From: the human T2T-CHM13v2.0 reference genome, Homo sapiens
NCBI RefSeq assembly: GCF_009914755.1
Contig: NC_060933.1
Direction: 5' to 3' (one strand)
DNA length: 64,000 bases
Every line of letters starts with the position of its first letter. Position 1 is the stretch's first letter. Below, piece by piece: positions 37,880 to 53,000 of the stretch. Below the pieces are notes generated by a model. That model did not search any database. It saw only the letters and a list, made by a program, of their open reading frames with translations, and was not told the DNA's origin. A program made the position numbers and the translations under genes.

Positions 37880-40669
37880 GAAAATATTTATCTTAACTCA
37901 TTACAATAAATCCTATTGCCCTCTTCTTCAGGAATTACTATTTTCTCTTAAGAACTGCTTAAACATAGAGGGGATGCCAATGGTAATTGGATTTGTCAAA
38001 AATTCAATTCTGTTTCCATACTGCTTACCCTATAATTAAACAATTGAAACCATTTTGTAATTAGGACTCTTTTGAATTTATTCTGCATTTTTCCTAGCCT
38101 AAATAAAATGACTGTGATTTGGAAAGATGTCACCAAGTGTCACTATTTTCAAAAAGTTCAATAAGCACATTACTGCCCACACACAATTCCTGATTCTTTT
38201 AATTTTTCCCTGTTATTCTCTCAGTGGAAGTAGGATATACACTTGCTCTACTAAACAAATATAAAGACAACATCAATCACTGCGGCCACTTCCAGTTTTT
38301 GTTGTTCTAATGTCTGTCAGATCACTTTGCAAAATAATGTAAGGAGTAACTAGCACCACTGAGAGAATAGAACAAAAACACCCAAATTAAAACTCTCAAC
38401 CAAAGTCACTTAAGTTAGTAACATTGGTTGGAACACAAAACAAGCACATTAAGTTTTATAAATTGTGCATGAAGTCACTTAATATTTCAGTATACTAAAA
38501 GCTGGCCCTGTATTATCAAAGCTGTCTTTAGAGGAGAAGCCTCAGTTAGTGGTTCTGTGGTTCCAGTTGCCAGTATTTTCTCTTCTGTGTTTAAGATACA
38601 GGATGATTGACTGCCCTCAAGAATACCTGCTGGTTAGCGCTTAGTTTAAGATAAAATGCTGTTCACGGTTGTAATTTAGATGAAAGCTCTCTATAGCTCA
38701 TGAACTTCAATTAAATGCTTCTAACCTTTTGCATAACACTTAACATGTTAGGTCAGCTCTAGATTTAGGGTGTATTTGTGAACACAGCACTATAAAAAGA
38801 CAGGTTTTCGTGTGATTCAAGTGCTTTTGCTTTTATAATATAAAACCAGCATAGGAACGAAATGTGCATAGTTTTCAACCATCAGAATAAAGATACAAGG
38901 AGGTATAGTTTTTATCCCTCAACATACTTTAAAGATGTGGAAAATAACAGGTTAAGAAAAATAATGACAAAGTGAGCAAAAGTACAGCGAAGTGGTAGTT
39001 ATTGAATGACCTAATTCTTAGTGGAAACAATGCTACAATAGAGCAGAGGCAGACTGACAAGTTCCCCAGGCGAGACCATGCCAAATAGATTCTCAACTTA
39101 CATTCATTTATTTTATTTCAATAATTTACCTTGCTTTTGCTAATGGAAAAAAGATTTCTCTCTGCTATTTGTGACTCAGTTTAGTTTTTCATTTATTATG
39201 GAGATGATTTAAGAGACTTGAGACCCCCCACAAAAAAACCTGTATTTTTTCACACTTTAAAATGGAAAACATAGAGATAAATGTAAGGTAATCATCCACA
39301 TATGTTAATTACAGTTTTTAAACAGAATTTGAAAAGAAGCGATTACCCATTTGACATTATTATGCCTGATCTAGTATTGGTAAAATTTTAATAAATTTAA
39401 ATAATTGTTTTCAGTGTGGAAAAAGGCTAACTCTTGAACACTTAGTATCTGTGGGTGCCTAGAAAAGGGATTATAGTATTTTCCACCATCCAAAGTAAAT
39501 TTATTATGAGAATTTTACAAAATATATCTATGCAAAACAATGCCATGTTGAGGTAAGGAGGGCCACAGGTATAGGATTGTTCAAATGCTGAAAGATAGTT
39601 TTTCTTCCCAAAAAAACTGGAAACAAATGTATTAATGGCCTATGGTGCCTACTGAGAAAGCTTTTAAACAGTTTCACTTTCAAATAAATTTTGGACGTTG
39701 AGGAAGCAGGTAGGAGATGTGGTCAGAGTTATAAAATAAAGCGGTGGTCAGCAGAGATTTTGGAAGCAGAAAACAGGGACAGGTACTCGAACAACTACAG
39801 ATGAACATCTTTCAACTATAAAGTCCTTAAAATAACTGGGTCTGAAGCTACTATAATTTATTTGTTTTCTAAAATATCTTCAAGAATGTAAACAGTGAAC
39901 CTTCAAGTATGAAGAGGCCATAAAACTCTTCTGGGCACTAATGAGGGTGAACATGGCATGTGCCAAGGGTGACCCAGGTTGACTGTTAGAGGCACAGATT
40001 TAAGTGGCCTCCTAAACTATTTTCTAAGGACTTTCCAATCCAATGTGCTCCTGTAGCCAGAGTAACTAATGAAATACTGTGTGTTGAAGATGAACTTCTA
40101 GTTGTTTTAATATGCCACACAAAAGGGATTTATCATTGGAAAAATGATCCGTCATGAATCCTTAATGAAGCTGGATAGAGTTGAGGAGCAACCCTCATCT
40201 TTTAGGAACAATCATGCCCTCTGGAACACACTCCTTACTGCAATTCTAAGAGGCAGATTACCAAGCAGTCCACAAATTAGATAAATTAGACATTTCCAAC
40301 ATACTTAATTTATATTAACCACCACATTATCAACTTTGAAATTTTAGACAGTCCCCAGTGGATATCCAGATTTATTTACAAGCAAACAATCCCCTCTCCC
40401 CTTTTAAAATAACCATTTAGTTTATGGGCCTCTTCTGACAATCACCTGTTCATTCATAACAACCAAAACCCATCACTAAAATGGGCAACCTCAATTCGCT
40501 TCCCATATAAAACATCAACTACATTATCAAATCTTTAGGGTAAAGGCAAGAAGGTAATGAGAGATGCACTTCTGTCATATGGTGTCAGGGATATTGTGGC
40601 CTATGTATAATTTATTTGTGTGAGAAAGAAAAAGTAGGAAAAAGCTATGTTTGAATCTTAATTACTTTC

Positions 40670-40972
<303 letters not shown>

Positions 40973-41076
40973 TAATTACTTTCAGAGATGGTTAATAACC
41001 TCACTAAAACAATATTCTCATGCACATACTCAAATCCATGAAAATAAAGGTATCAGTGATGTCTGCATTTCCTTAC

Positions 41077-41200
41077 CTTCTATAGCTGATAGGAGAACCC
41101 GGGAATGATCATATGCGATTACATTCGCGTATCTATTCTTTGGTTTGTTTACTTCCAAGTTTGAATGTTCCCAAGTGAACTGCTGGCCAGGGTCAATTGA
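41077..41200 (-). CDS. PTPRD: PTPRD coding exon, 124 nt, phase 0 to 1: [41 protein letters not shown](G); contains the KNRY pTyr-recognition loop
   Basis: Acceptor ttttccttttaaag|TCA at 41201-41202; donor GAAG|gtaagg at 41076-41075; lies inside ORF 41030..41263(-). Confidence 0.96.
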
Positions 41201-42949
41201 CTTTAAAAGGAAAACAACACATATACACAAAATCAATACTGAAAACCACCAGATTATAGGCATTTATCACATGTAATAAACATGATTTAAAAGGAAAATT
41301 CTGAAGCCATACTTCATCAAGATGATCCTAACTGTGAAGCTGAACACTAATGTAACCAGCATAACAAAAAATGGTTAATCACTGCAGAAACAGTGATAGT
41401 CACCAACATTGATTCAAATGAAAAAAGAAATCAATACAGATGTTCTGTTAATATTGGAAAGGCAGGTTCTTAATTTTACTTTTCCATTTCCCTCTCTGCT
41501 GCTGTAGTTTACAAGTCATCTTGGTTCAATATTCCTTCCGGTTCTGTAAACCTTATTTTATATTGATTATTCTTCCCTATTCTTTCCTATCTGGACCTAA
41601 GCTGAGTCTTTAAGTTAACTGGTCTTTCACTGGCTTCAATGGACACAGGCTTTACTGTTCATTCTTTATCTACATGTTCACAACTTAATGGCAACTTAAG
41701 GTTTTGTCTGTTTCTCTGTAACACACTAAGACCAATATTACAAGGCAAATTGTACAATTTAAATAGTTAACACGAACAGTAAAGAAGGGAGGTCAGTTAA
41801 TTTAATACTCAGATGAATAAGATACAACCCAATGCATATAAATTGTTTTTCTATTTATCATTATATATTTTCTATTTATTATTATGTGTTATTATGTTTA
41901 TAGTTTGCTTTTTATTCTTGATTTTAACATTAGTTTTTTTTTCTGATTTTATCCCTTTCTTTGATGGTACATTTCAACCAAATTATTCAACAATCTAAAA
42001 TAAACATCAAACAGGTATATAAAGTATGTAATTTAAAAATATTTAAGTAGAATCATCATTTCAAGACCAAATTCAGGTTTGATCATAAAACTCTAGGGGA
42101 CTTCATTTCCTGAAACGTTATGGAAATCAAAATACTTTTTCTTTCATCATAGGCTACTGATAACATTTAAGATTTATAATTTCATTGTTATATGGAAACA
42201 CAAGTTCATTAATGACACAAACATGATTTTAAACGATCAAAATCAAGTTTTCAAGAATGATAAAACAGGTTTATACCCAGGTAATTTTTTTAAAATATAC
42301 TCTATTATGTTAACATAATTTTTAGCAGTTATTTTTGATGCCGGGTATTTTTCATGCCTTTATGTGTATATGTAGAAGTTGGGAGTAAAACATACCCCCA
42401 ACAGCATCAAAATACTAAAGATGTGCACACTTTCTGTCAAAAGGCACAGAATTTATCACAACAGTAAAACTCACAAGTGTCAAAAGTCAAGTCTGTTAGT
42501 AGTCTTGAATAGCCTCCAAGCATTCTAAAATTCTCAGCAGTACAGATTCCAGCCTCTAATTTACTAAGGATTATTAAACTGTTTTCCTTTCTTAGCCTGT
42601 GTTAATCTATATACAAAATAGTCAATCAATGAGCAGTATTCAGGAAAATATTAATAATTATCCATACCTTAGAGTCTGAAAACTAATATAATTAAGGGAC
42701 TTTCTAGTTTGCTCTTCCAGGGAAATTTTTCATCTCCCTTGCAGAAATTAATTATCTCCAAGCATGCTATGAGCCGAAGGTATTGAAGCATTCAGATGTC
42801 CTGGTGGAAGCCTTCAAGTCAACCTTGAACCATGTCCACACAGAACAGCTCCACTCAGTGATGAGGGCCTGCCTTAAAAATCTCTCAAATTTGCAATCTC
42901 ATTGCTACTTCCTACATCCGGAACATTGGTATCTGTTGTCTGATTGAAA

Positions 42950-43200
42950 TCCCTTCTCTAATCTCTTATTCCAATCCACTCTTCATACTGCTGCCAAAGT
43001 TGTCTTTCTAAAGCATAGCTCTGGACAGGTTGGCTGCCTGTTTAATAACTTCCACTGGCTCTGTGTGACCTACAGCCTAAATTCTAAATTCCTACCTATG
43101 CAGCTTTCGTCATCTTTGCATCTACACTACACCTGGCTCAGTAAATGGTCCAACAGATGTTATTTAAGCAAATGAACAGAATTGATGAATAAATGTTTTT
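42950..43200 (+). mobile_element. L2 LINE fragment
   Basis: ccaatccactcttcatactgctgccaaagttgtctttctaaagcatagctctg ... with an aatgaa-type 3' tail. Confidence 0.6.
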
Positions 43201-43779
43201 GAGAAAAGTTCATAAAGAGAAATCATAGAGTAATTCCTCTATATAACATGAGAGTTAGAGAACAAATTATGGAAACTTCATTGTACAGTATACCACAATT
43301 ATCATACTTAACACCCATTATCATATGGCTTAGTGATTAAGTATGTGATCATGGAATTATAACTACCACTGCTATTCCACTTTATACTGATGAACATTAT
43401 TGGATACATAAGCTTCTTACACATCATTTAAACATCCCAAGAAGCTACTAAGCTCACTGGTATACGTACAGTGCTCCCTCTGATATCCTTGTTTTACTTA
43501 GACTAAGATCACCCACAGATGTATAAGATGGCATGCATTTACTTATAGCAATGAAATTGCATCTATTAACTGAAACAAACTGTTAACTCATGTCCATTTC
43601 CACTCTTGCCACATGTTTTCAGCCTTCTGTAGGACTTACTTGATACCTACATTGAAGACTTTAAAAACGAGTAACAGAAACATGAGTTGTGTGCCACCTA
43701 TGTTAGATAATACGCTTAGGTTCAAAGTGTGGCCCATGAGATGAAGACCAACAAATAACAGGATAATTATAAAAATACG

Positions 43780-44025
43780 TGCTAGGTCATTATGCTTTAT
43801 ATGAAGAATTATGCTTGATTTTCACAATTGTTACAAGGTAGGTATTGTTTTTTTCCATTTGGCAGGTGAGAAAACTGAAGTAAAGAAAGATTAATTTAAT
43901 TATTCTTACTGAGGGCCTACTTCGTGACAGGCTCTGTGCTACTTGGTACTTAAGTAATTTGGCTAAGCTCACACAGCTAGATTCATACAGTTACCCTCAA
44001 ACCAGGTCTGTGTGATTCCAAAGCT
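43780..44025 (-). mobile_element. MIR SINE
   Basis: ccatttggcaggtgagaaaactgaag ... aagctcacacagctag ... ggtctgtgtgattccaaagc. Confidence 0.6.
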
Positions 44026-45659
44026 CAACTGATAATTAACAGCTGGTAACGACTAAGCCATGATACTACTTAACTATCCAGAATGCCACTGCAAAAGGAA
44101 GAAGCCCAACTTAAGAAACACACCTACACATCACTATCCTTTATTTCACCAATCCAAATGATATTTCTTCCCAACTTATCAGCCTGTGTCATTCTGGGGC
44201 AATTACATAAGAAATCAAGTTTTAAAAATGAGGTTGGCTTCACATGGATGATAAAACAGATGGGATGCAGCTTACGTTTATACTCGTTTTACACGGATCA
44301 AACAAACATTGATTAAATAATGCTGACTTGTCTTTGTGCAACACAGCACTCATCCATCTGTATCTATCTGTCTGACTGAACGTTTAACAAAACACAACAC
44401 GGGTCATTATTTTTGGAGCTTGTCAGAATGCTGACAGCAGTAAACTCAGTAAAGAATAACAACTGAAAGTTGGTGAGGTATACTAAGATCTTTCATATTT
44501 CAAAAAATACATAAAACTGGTTGAGGAAAATCAAATTTCAGTTATCCATATTACTAAGACAAAGAGATCATGAATGAGTAAGACCCTAATTGCTGGTGAC
44601 AGACACAGTTGCTTTGCCTCTCTGTTCTCAGGCTTCTCTTGCTGCTGTCCTCTTAAGGAAGAGTGAGATGGCCAAAATGAAGAAAGAGCAATGTAGACCC
44701 TGAGGAATGTAAAAGTTGACTTTCACTTCAACCCTGTATTTTCGGTCAGTCCACCCTGACCATGCATCTTTTTTACTATAAAGCTAAGCTGAGGTTACCC
44801 AAATATTAATTATTCAAAACAATTTGAAATAAGCACCTTTGTTCTTAATGGACTCAATTCCTTCTTTTGGGTCTGCTGCTGTTAGTGTTTGGTTTTCCTG
44901 AGCTTGACTCCTAGATATGTCTACTCAACTCTGTCCACCCAAATAATCTTCCATGGGATACCCTTGCCTTCCCAGCACTCAATCTGAAGTTTTACCTTCC
45001 CAAGCTGAAATCCTGGCCAGGCTTTCTTCAGTCTCCGTTGTGGAGAATTTTGCAAGTTAGAAATAAAGCAAGCTAGATTTATTTAAGTAAAAGTTGATTA
45101 ATACACTTTTATACATGATACGAAATACATAAATTATCACAGAATTCACAAAAATGCTACTTCGTCGTATTTTTTGTGTCTCCAGCCAATCAAAAAGCCT
45201 CTTGAAAGACAGATATTGGATGAACCCCATATAGCGTCTAAAGTTTTACCAAGATGCCGCACCATTTTACATTGCTTCCCTGCCTGCACACTGGGCACTT
45301 GACTCCTCCTCCCCACCGCAGCTTTTGACTAAACCTTTCTAACGCTAACAACAGATCTTCAACTCAAAGGCTTTGCTTACTCAGAAAAAATGACCCAATA
45401 GAAGAAAAAATCCTATTGTGAGTGATTTAAAGAACAACGGGAAAGTCTCAAGCAGATACTTGCTAATATAAAACACTTTGCATTTATTTAGTCTTTAACT
45501 TGATGGTCTGAAAGTTCTAATCCTTTTTATTTGATCAACTAGAAGTTTATCTCAAACTAGGTAACTGAAAAAATAAGCTATAGCAGATGGATTAGAGGTT
45601 TGCATTGTATTCTCGACAAAAACTCAGAATTAAAATATAAATATATCCAATAGTTGTAA

Positions 45660-45900
45660 CTAATACTTAGATAACATTTACTATGTTTTCTTTGTGCTTT
45701 GTACATACTAACTCATTTATCTTCACAAAGACCCTAGAAGTAGTTGCCATTATGATTACAGTTATGTAGATGAGGAAACTGAGGTATAGATAAGACAAAT
45801 AACTTTCTCAGGGTCAAACAGCTAGCAGGGAGAGAGGCCAGGCTGGGGGTCCACATATTCTGGCCCTGGAGGCTGAGGGCCCAGCCACCATAAGATGCTT
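45660..45900 (-). mobile_element. MIR SINE
   Basis: tagatgaggaaactgaggtataga...cagggtcaaacagctag. Confidence 0.65.
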
Positions 45901-47793
45901 TCTCTCTAGTTAAGCTGGAGAAGATTCCTTGAAGGTTTCACACTTGCCTTTCAACTATTCTCTTGAAACACAACGCACAGAAGGTTGGGAACAATCTGTG
46001 TAGTACTGCTGAACTCTATTTGTAATTCTAAACTCCAAACAAGAGAGTGATCATCAATTTGCACATCAGATTACAGTCACCAAGTAAAATTATATCCTGA
46101 TATGGGAGTAACCTTTTTCAATAATGCTGAAGTCATTATCTTAAAGCAAAGTCCTTTAATCATTCTGCAAAATTCAACCTTTTTACCCAGAAGAAAAATA
46201 TAATTCAAATGTGCAAAACACCATACAATACTAGTTGCTCTGTGTTTCACTTTCCCTCATCCCGCCAAGAGAAAAACCTCAAAATATTCCCTTTAGAAAC
46301 TCATCAAAGAGAAACCACAAAAAAAGATCATCCTGTTTTTGTGTGTTTTTAAAACAACTAACAAAAATTTAATTATATAGAAGGAATAGACCAGTTACTT
46401 CACTCGTCAAACCATGGGTCAGACTAACCATTCTTTTTACAGGGAATTGAACTTTCAATGACCTTAACTTCCAAAGAAACAGTATCTTTTCACATATCTC
46501 CCCTTCAGTAGGCTCATTTGGTTCTTAGTGTGGTTGGCTCTGAGATATTCTCAAGTCCTTTCTGAGGTTTAGAAGAGCAATCTACCATTCACTGTGTATT
46601 CTGCAATTATGCCTTTTAAAATTCTCATTCATTGTCTCTCTCTTCTCTGTTTGAAAATGGTAAATTAATATATGCCCATTTGGAAAAGACCACGTTTGCA
46701 TAGATGGGAAGGGCTATATTTTGCACAATTAGTAAAAGCCTGCAATTGGCATAATGAATACTTTCTTCAAAGAGAAGAGCATGAGTTCAGTTGAATCCTA
46801 TGATGTTTTAGAAACTGAAATGTGAGGAAGGAGTGGAAAGTCCAGTGGTGAACAAAATCTGGAAGTCAGAGAACAGGGTGTTAGCTTTCTGGCTGCCCCT
46901 GGTTAGCTCTGGCCGGTCAGGTAACTTGGGTCTGTTTGCTCTGTGTTCCCTTTTCCTCTTAATGTCAACCTAGTGTCAGGTGTGTGTCCTCATTTTCTCT
47001 TATCTCTCTTTGTCCAATTAGTTATCAAATCTTACTGAGTCTCTCTCTGTAAGAGCACCTCTGATCCAGGCCAACATTAGAGTGTGAAGGATTGAAATAA
47101 AGATTTTTCAAGACTCTCAGTATTAACAAATGAATGGATGTGGGAGTGCCCCACCTTTAGTAGTAGAAAAGGCATAGAAAATGTATAAATATACCACACT
47201 CATTGAAGTCATCAAAAAGTGTTTCAGTCACATATTTTTGTACACAGTTAAAATTCTGGCTTCAGATAAGTGATAAAATGCATCAGCTTTACCTGTTGTC
47301 TAATGGTTGCATTTGAAATTTTGACTCTAACATACTATATAACAAATACGTATAGAAAATTACTTAAAGTAATAATATATATTATTAGAACTGACATGCA
47401 GGGAACAAAAAGGATAAACTATGCTCATAGTAAATCATTCATCCATGGCAAGTGAGTAAATATCTGAGGTAAACTTTTGATAAACAATTTATTCTAAATT
47501 ATATCATAGTACTAAAGATGAATTAGTTTATTTCACTGAGGAAACCATTGATTCCCAGAAGTATATTAGAATTATCTTAATCTAACGTGGATTAAAAATG
47601 ATGAAAAACAACAACAAAACCAAAAATACTTAATTCTTTTTTTTAACTCAGTAGGCCAACATGAGGTACTCTCTAGAATTCAGATAAAGTGTTTTACTAT
47701 TTTAGTGTGTGACTGTAGAAAAGATTATTTTTGAGAGATCGTTCCAAATAAGAATCCAAAAAAGAACATACAACTTTAAGATTAAAGATTTAA

Positions 47794-48240
<447 letters not shown>

Positions 48241-48660
48241 TAAGATCAGCGATATGTGTTAATCCTAATGTTTTCATTTTTAGCTATTTATCTCCTACAT
48301 CAGATAAGGTGAATAATAAGAAAGAGATGGACAGATTTATAGGTGATGTTCTTTTTTTATTTCTTCACATCTTTGAATTCTATATAGTTGATGTTCTTAA
48401 GAATAGAATGTGTCATTGGAAATCACTTTACAAATACAATTCACAGATTAGAATTTCTGATGTTATTTGAAAAAGCAAAGAGTATTAAAGAATTTCCAGG
48501 CAGTTTGGGGCAAGCAAATGTATTAGAAAGTTATTAAACTGCTTTGTTTAAATAGACAATGTTGACTGAATTGGTAAAATGTAATTACGATGACTTATAA
48601 GAAGAAGTCACTTGATCTGCAAATCACTTATAAAGTATGATATTTAATAATTAAAGAGGA

Positions 48661-48795
48661 TCCTGGTGAGGTGGCATGTGCCTGTAATCCCACCTACTCT
48701 ACTCAGGATGCTGAGGCAGGAAGACTTCTTGAGCCCTGGAGTTTGAGTCCAGCCTGGGCAACACAGCAAGACCCAATCTCATTAAACAAAATATT
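48661..48795 (+). mobile_element. FLAM or single Alu monomer
   Basis: gtggcatgtgcctgtaatccc...gaggcaggaagacttcttgagccctggagtttgagtccagcctgggcaacacagcaagacccaatctc. Confidence 0.85.
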
Positions 48796-48910
48796 AAAAT
48801 AGGTTATGCACACCTAGAAACATTAAAGAGTATGGCAACATTAAAGAGAATATTATTGAGTATAGGTAACAGACAAAATTATCTAGCAAATACAATCAAT
48901 GTGCAGCATT

Positions 48911-48945
48911 AAACACTAATTTACGGTGTTAGTAAATTAGTGTTT
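48911..48945. repeat. Perfect inverted repeat, 14-bp arms with 7-nt spacer
   Basis: AAACACTAATTTAC (48911-48924) and GTAAATTAGTGTTT (48932-48945). Confidence 0.95.
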
Positions 48946-51171
48946 TAGTAAATTAGGAAGAATTAATTCACAGCTGCATCCTTTCTTTTCCATGGATAAC
49001 AAGGTCCCAGTTTTTGCCACCAAATTAACTAGATGAATGCATTAATTCCTCACTGCTCTTTGAAAATGCTGACACATCTGTATAGATCCCAAAGTATTAA
49101 GCGAAAAGTACCTGATGCACAGTTATTACTAAAAGAATGCTAGATGTTTTGCCTTCTCTTGCCTCTACCCTGTGACTTGTATAAGAACATCCCTGATAGA
49201 AGACTATCTTAGCCTCCAAGGAATATCTGCATTCTCCTTGATGCTAACGGTGCCTTTTTTGATACTGAAGTATAAAACTGAGGCAACTGCTCAATTTAAC
49301 AAATAAATCTATTTCTGCTCTCCTACTTACTATATAACATGCCCATCTATGTAATTTGCAAACTGATTTACTTTTCCGGCAGAGACAACAAAAAAGAGCA
49401 CAGCTGCATATGGTTCTCACTTTTTGCATTTCATATAATAGAAACTTGACCACTCAGAAAACTCAGTACATAAGTAGATTCAAAAGAAAAAACAAATTAT
49501 GAATGAATAGCTTGGTTTCACAATTGTTGTGCGACTGATATTACAACATCATTTAAGAAACACTATAAGGAAAATTGTTAAGATAAATCATCTTCATTTT
49601 TAAAAGTCGGATTAGTTGAGCTTAAGTGATAACAGTAATTCTTTTAATCAAATATGAAAATGTCTAGCCTAATTTTAAACATACGATTTTTCTTCCTATT
49701 ATTTTTACTTTGCATCCTAAACATAGATGTATTTTAGGCTTTCATCATTGCTTTGCTTGTCATTTAACAGAAAGTTTCTTTATTAAGTCTTTGTTTCTTT
49801 TTCCATATTTAGTTTCAGATGCAGGTGGAGGGAACAGATGAATTTCTAAATTGAAACATAAATTAACTTTTGTTAATGTTCAGTCAATGCATTTCAAATC
49901 TCATTTTCTGATTCAGAAAGAGATAAAAATTCTACATCCAAAATGAAATAAGAAAGAGTAATGTTTTCTCCCAGTCTTTGTCGGAACTCAGAAAATCCCA
50001 AATAATCACTTAAAAAACTCTTGTACCCCATTTCATACCAAATGTATTTAGTACAACTATCTCACTAAAAAACATGACTATCCACATGTGCCTTTTGGGC
50101 ACAGTATATATACCAACAACCCCTTGCCATTAATACCATTAGTGCTTGCAGGTAAGGTAGCAATACACCATACTAAATATAGGCTTCTAATCAAAGAAGT
50201 CACACAGGATGATCATTAATACTTATATCCATGGTGCTCAGGTGTCTTAGAAAGTATTTACAATCTAAAGTGTCAGTATATTTGTCTCTTACATGTGATA
50301 AAACTAGAAAGGCTAGAACAAATTAACACAATCTAGAATTTTAGAGTTTAGTATCTTTCTAAACTAAAAGATTACTCTCAAAGATTAGTATTTTTAAATG
50401 TATATTAGTTTTACATTGTAAAATTAGGGACTCTTCTAAGTTAAATATTAGAAAAAAAATCAGTACATTGATGATCTTATGTATTAGACCTCTGGAAAAA
50501 ATGGAATCACTTGAGAACACTGCTATGGGGTTGTGATTTATCTGATGTTGTATATTTTGTATTTAGCATACAGTGAATTTTAAAATGTATTTGTGGAATG
50601 AATAGCTAAGATACATTACAGGTAGGATACACAGCAACAATTACTTTTACCCTAGTACCTTAGAACTAGTTAAATAAATTTCTCAGCCAAAGGTGTGATG
50701 ATGAAACAAATATATATTGGAATAGACCAGAGATATAAAAAAAAAAATTTAAATAAACAGAATGGCTCCCAGCTCACAAGTGGCTACAACCCAATTCATA
50801 AAAGCCATCTTTGACTTTTTGTGCATCTGAAATTCATTCTAAGCTATCACCTGTGACAGCCTTTTGTACTGTGTTTTCCAATTTTTACATATGTACTTAA
50901 TATTTGGAAGTAACACATAATGGCTACTTGCCAATGACAGTTCTGTATAAACTGTATTACCCAATTTTCTGCACAGCAGTATGGGTTTATACAATTAGTT
51001 GGCTATTTTAATACAATAGTTTTTTTCATTTTTTTGGTTTGTTTGAACAGTTGTGCTCCCCAAAGATCTCAAGGCCACTTATGTTGGGAGTTATAGGGAG
51101 AATGGAAGGAATGTGATCAGATGGAAGGATAAATATTCCAGAATGGAGCTCTACAATAGGCTGAGTTTGAG

Positions 51172-51286
51172 TTAGGTAGTCCCTACATCCCAGTTTACAC
51201 CTACTGTCCCAGCGTAGTTATTAATAGGACCCTTTCTCACTCTCAAAGTATCCCAGTTTAGGCAAGAAATTACATGGCCACCCCAA
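51172..51286 (-). mobile_element. MER94-like (hAT-Blackjack) MITE
   Basis: tcccagtttacacctactgtcccagcgtagttattaatagg...cactctcaaagtatcccagtttaggcaagaaattacatggccaccc matches the reverse complement of MER94 as I recall it. Confidence 0.7.
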
Positions 51287-51383
51287 GGTAGAGCTGGTTC
51301 TACCTAACTTCCTCATATTCACATCTATATCTAGGCAAGCTTCATGACAGTGTCATAACCATCAGTCAGGCATGTACATGTAC

Positions 51384-51468
51384 GGGGAGGGAAGGCGTGC
51401 AGGGGAGCAGGAGAGAGGGAGGGAGGGAGGGAGAGAGGGATGGGGAGGGAGGGGGAGAGAGAGGGAGG

Positions 51469-51525
<57 letters not shown>

Positions 51526-51529
51526 GGGG
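51384..51529. repeat. Purine-rich tract: (GGGA)n / G-runs followed by about (GA)22 and (GACA)n
   Basis: Seen directly in the sequence. Confidence 0.95.
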
Positions 51530-51892
51530 CAGTCTCTGCTAAAAAGTAAGTACACTTACAAACTATCACATGGATAGGTGGGTGGGAAAAAGTAAAGAGA
51601 AATTTCTGCAGTGCAATACCTATCTCCAATTATCTAACACTATTGATGCAGCAATGAGATACTGAATCCAGAATGAGAGAAGGTAGCTGACCTTACCATG
51701 ATTCACCCTTGTTCACCTTAACTATGGTGCTGCACACAAGAGAGAAAAAGGAAGAAAGCAGAGAATGTGTTTCTCAGCACACATTTACTGTGCTCTCTAA
51801 CAAACCAACAATTTAGCCCTTTCTGATAATTGCTTTTTCCTCCTTCTAAGACAGCATTGGAGATGGAAGGAATGTGCAGTACATAAGCTGGC

Positions 51893-51936
51893 TGGATATG
51901 TATTCAATTGTGATTGGATATGTATTCAATTATGAT
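51893..51936. repeat. 22-bp tandem duplication TGGATATGTATTCAATT(G/A)TGAT x2
   Basis: Copies at 51893-51914 and 51915-51936 with one mismatch. Confidence 0.9.
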
Positions 51937-52659
51937 CAAAGTAAACGAACTAATTTTACAAACTGATAATTCATTCTATAGACATGATTTTTAATCTTGT
52001 ATATCACCTATAATATTTTATAATATTTAAGGCTGTGATTGGAATATTAAATGTAATTATGTCATAATTTCTTTTTTAATTTTTAATGCTTTGGAAGTAA
52101 AACCATAGACCTATTGTTTGAGTATTACACAATTCAACCATGATACGTGTCTCCAAATGTAATATAATCTAAACAGTAAAACATAAATTAACATGTCCTT
52201 TAAAAATCTGTGTATTAACATATCTAAAAAAATGCTGTGTCAGTTAGTAGGAGAGAAAGCAAGCCACAGACATGCAGACAATGGAGGGCCAGGGAGGACG
52301 ATGACCATGAAAATCTGGTCCTCTCAGAATGACGGTAGCATTTAGACGTCACAGCTTCATTACATGGCCACCAAGACCACACAACTAATGCAAGTGAGGT
52401 TTCCAGAAAACAGATCTCTCTCAAGTTTTAGAACTAAGAAGCAAGTTGTAAAGTGACCATATCAAGGTATTCTCAAGGTCTGGAAGCCTGTCTTGGGATC
52501 ACTTTGCCTTCTCTACCTGGCTCAATTCACCCCACTGTGAAGTCAGTCTTTGATTCATCCATTTCCTGGTGTTAGACTTCAGATACTAAACTCTGTCAGA
52601 AAGCCTTAAAAGTGAAAAAAAATATTTCCCCTGAACACATGTATACAATCATTTAAAAT

Positions 52660-53000
52660 AACTTTGAAAAGCTTGGAAATAGCCTTAATATAATAGTAGA
52701 TTATATGAAAAAGTGTGAAGCTATTAAAATTGTTATGCATCTAGTGACGTGGAAAGATAAACTTTTACTGTTAAAGAAAAAACATGAAACAGTACTTTTG
52801 TTAAAATATATACATATGTATACACATGCACTGCATACATACATGAATACACACACATATAAAAACCTAGAATGTTATACACCAATGCTATCAGCAGTTA
52901 TCTCTGAGCTGTGATAAATGACAATTATTTTATTTCCTTATGTTTACTATCCATGTTCTTTAATTTTTCCATTTATGAACATTGAACTACTTTCCAGGAA
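52660..53000 (+). mobile_element. Old L1 (L1ME/L1MC-like) 3' end fragment
   Basis: gctattaaaa...gacgtggaaagat... and tacaccaatgctatcagcagttatctctgag...ttttccatttatgaacat resemble old L1M 3' UTRs. Confidence 0.55.
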
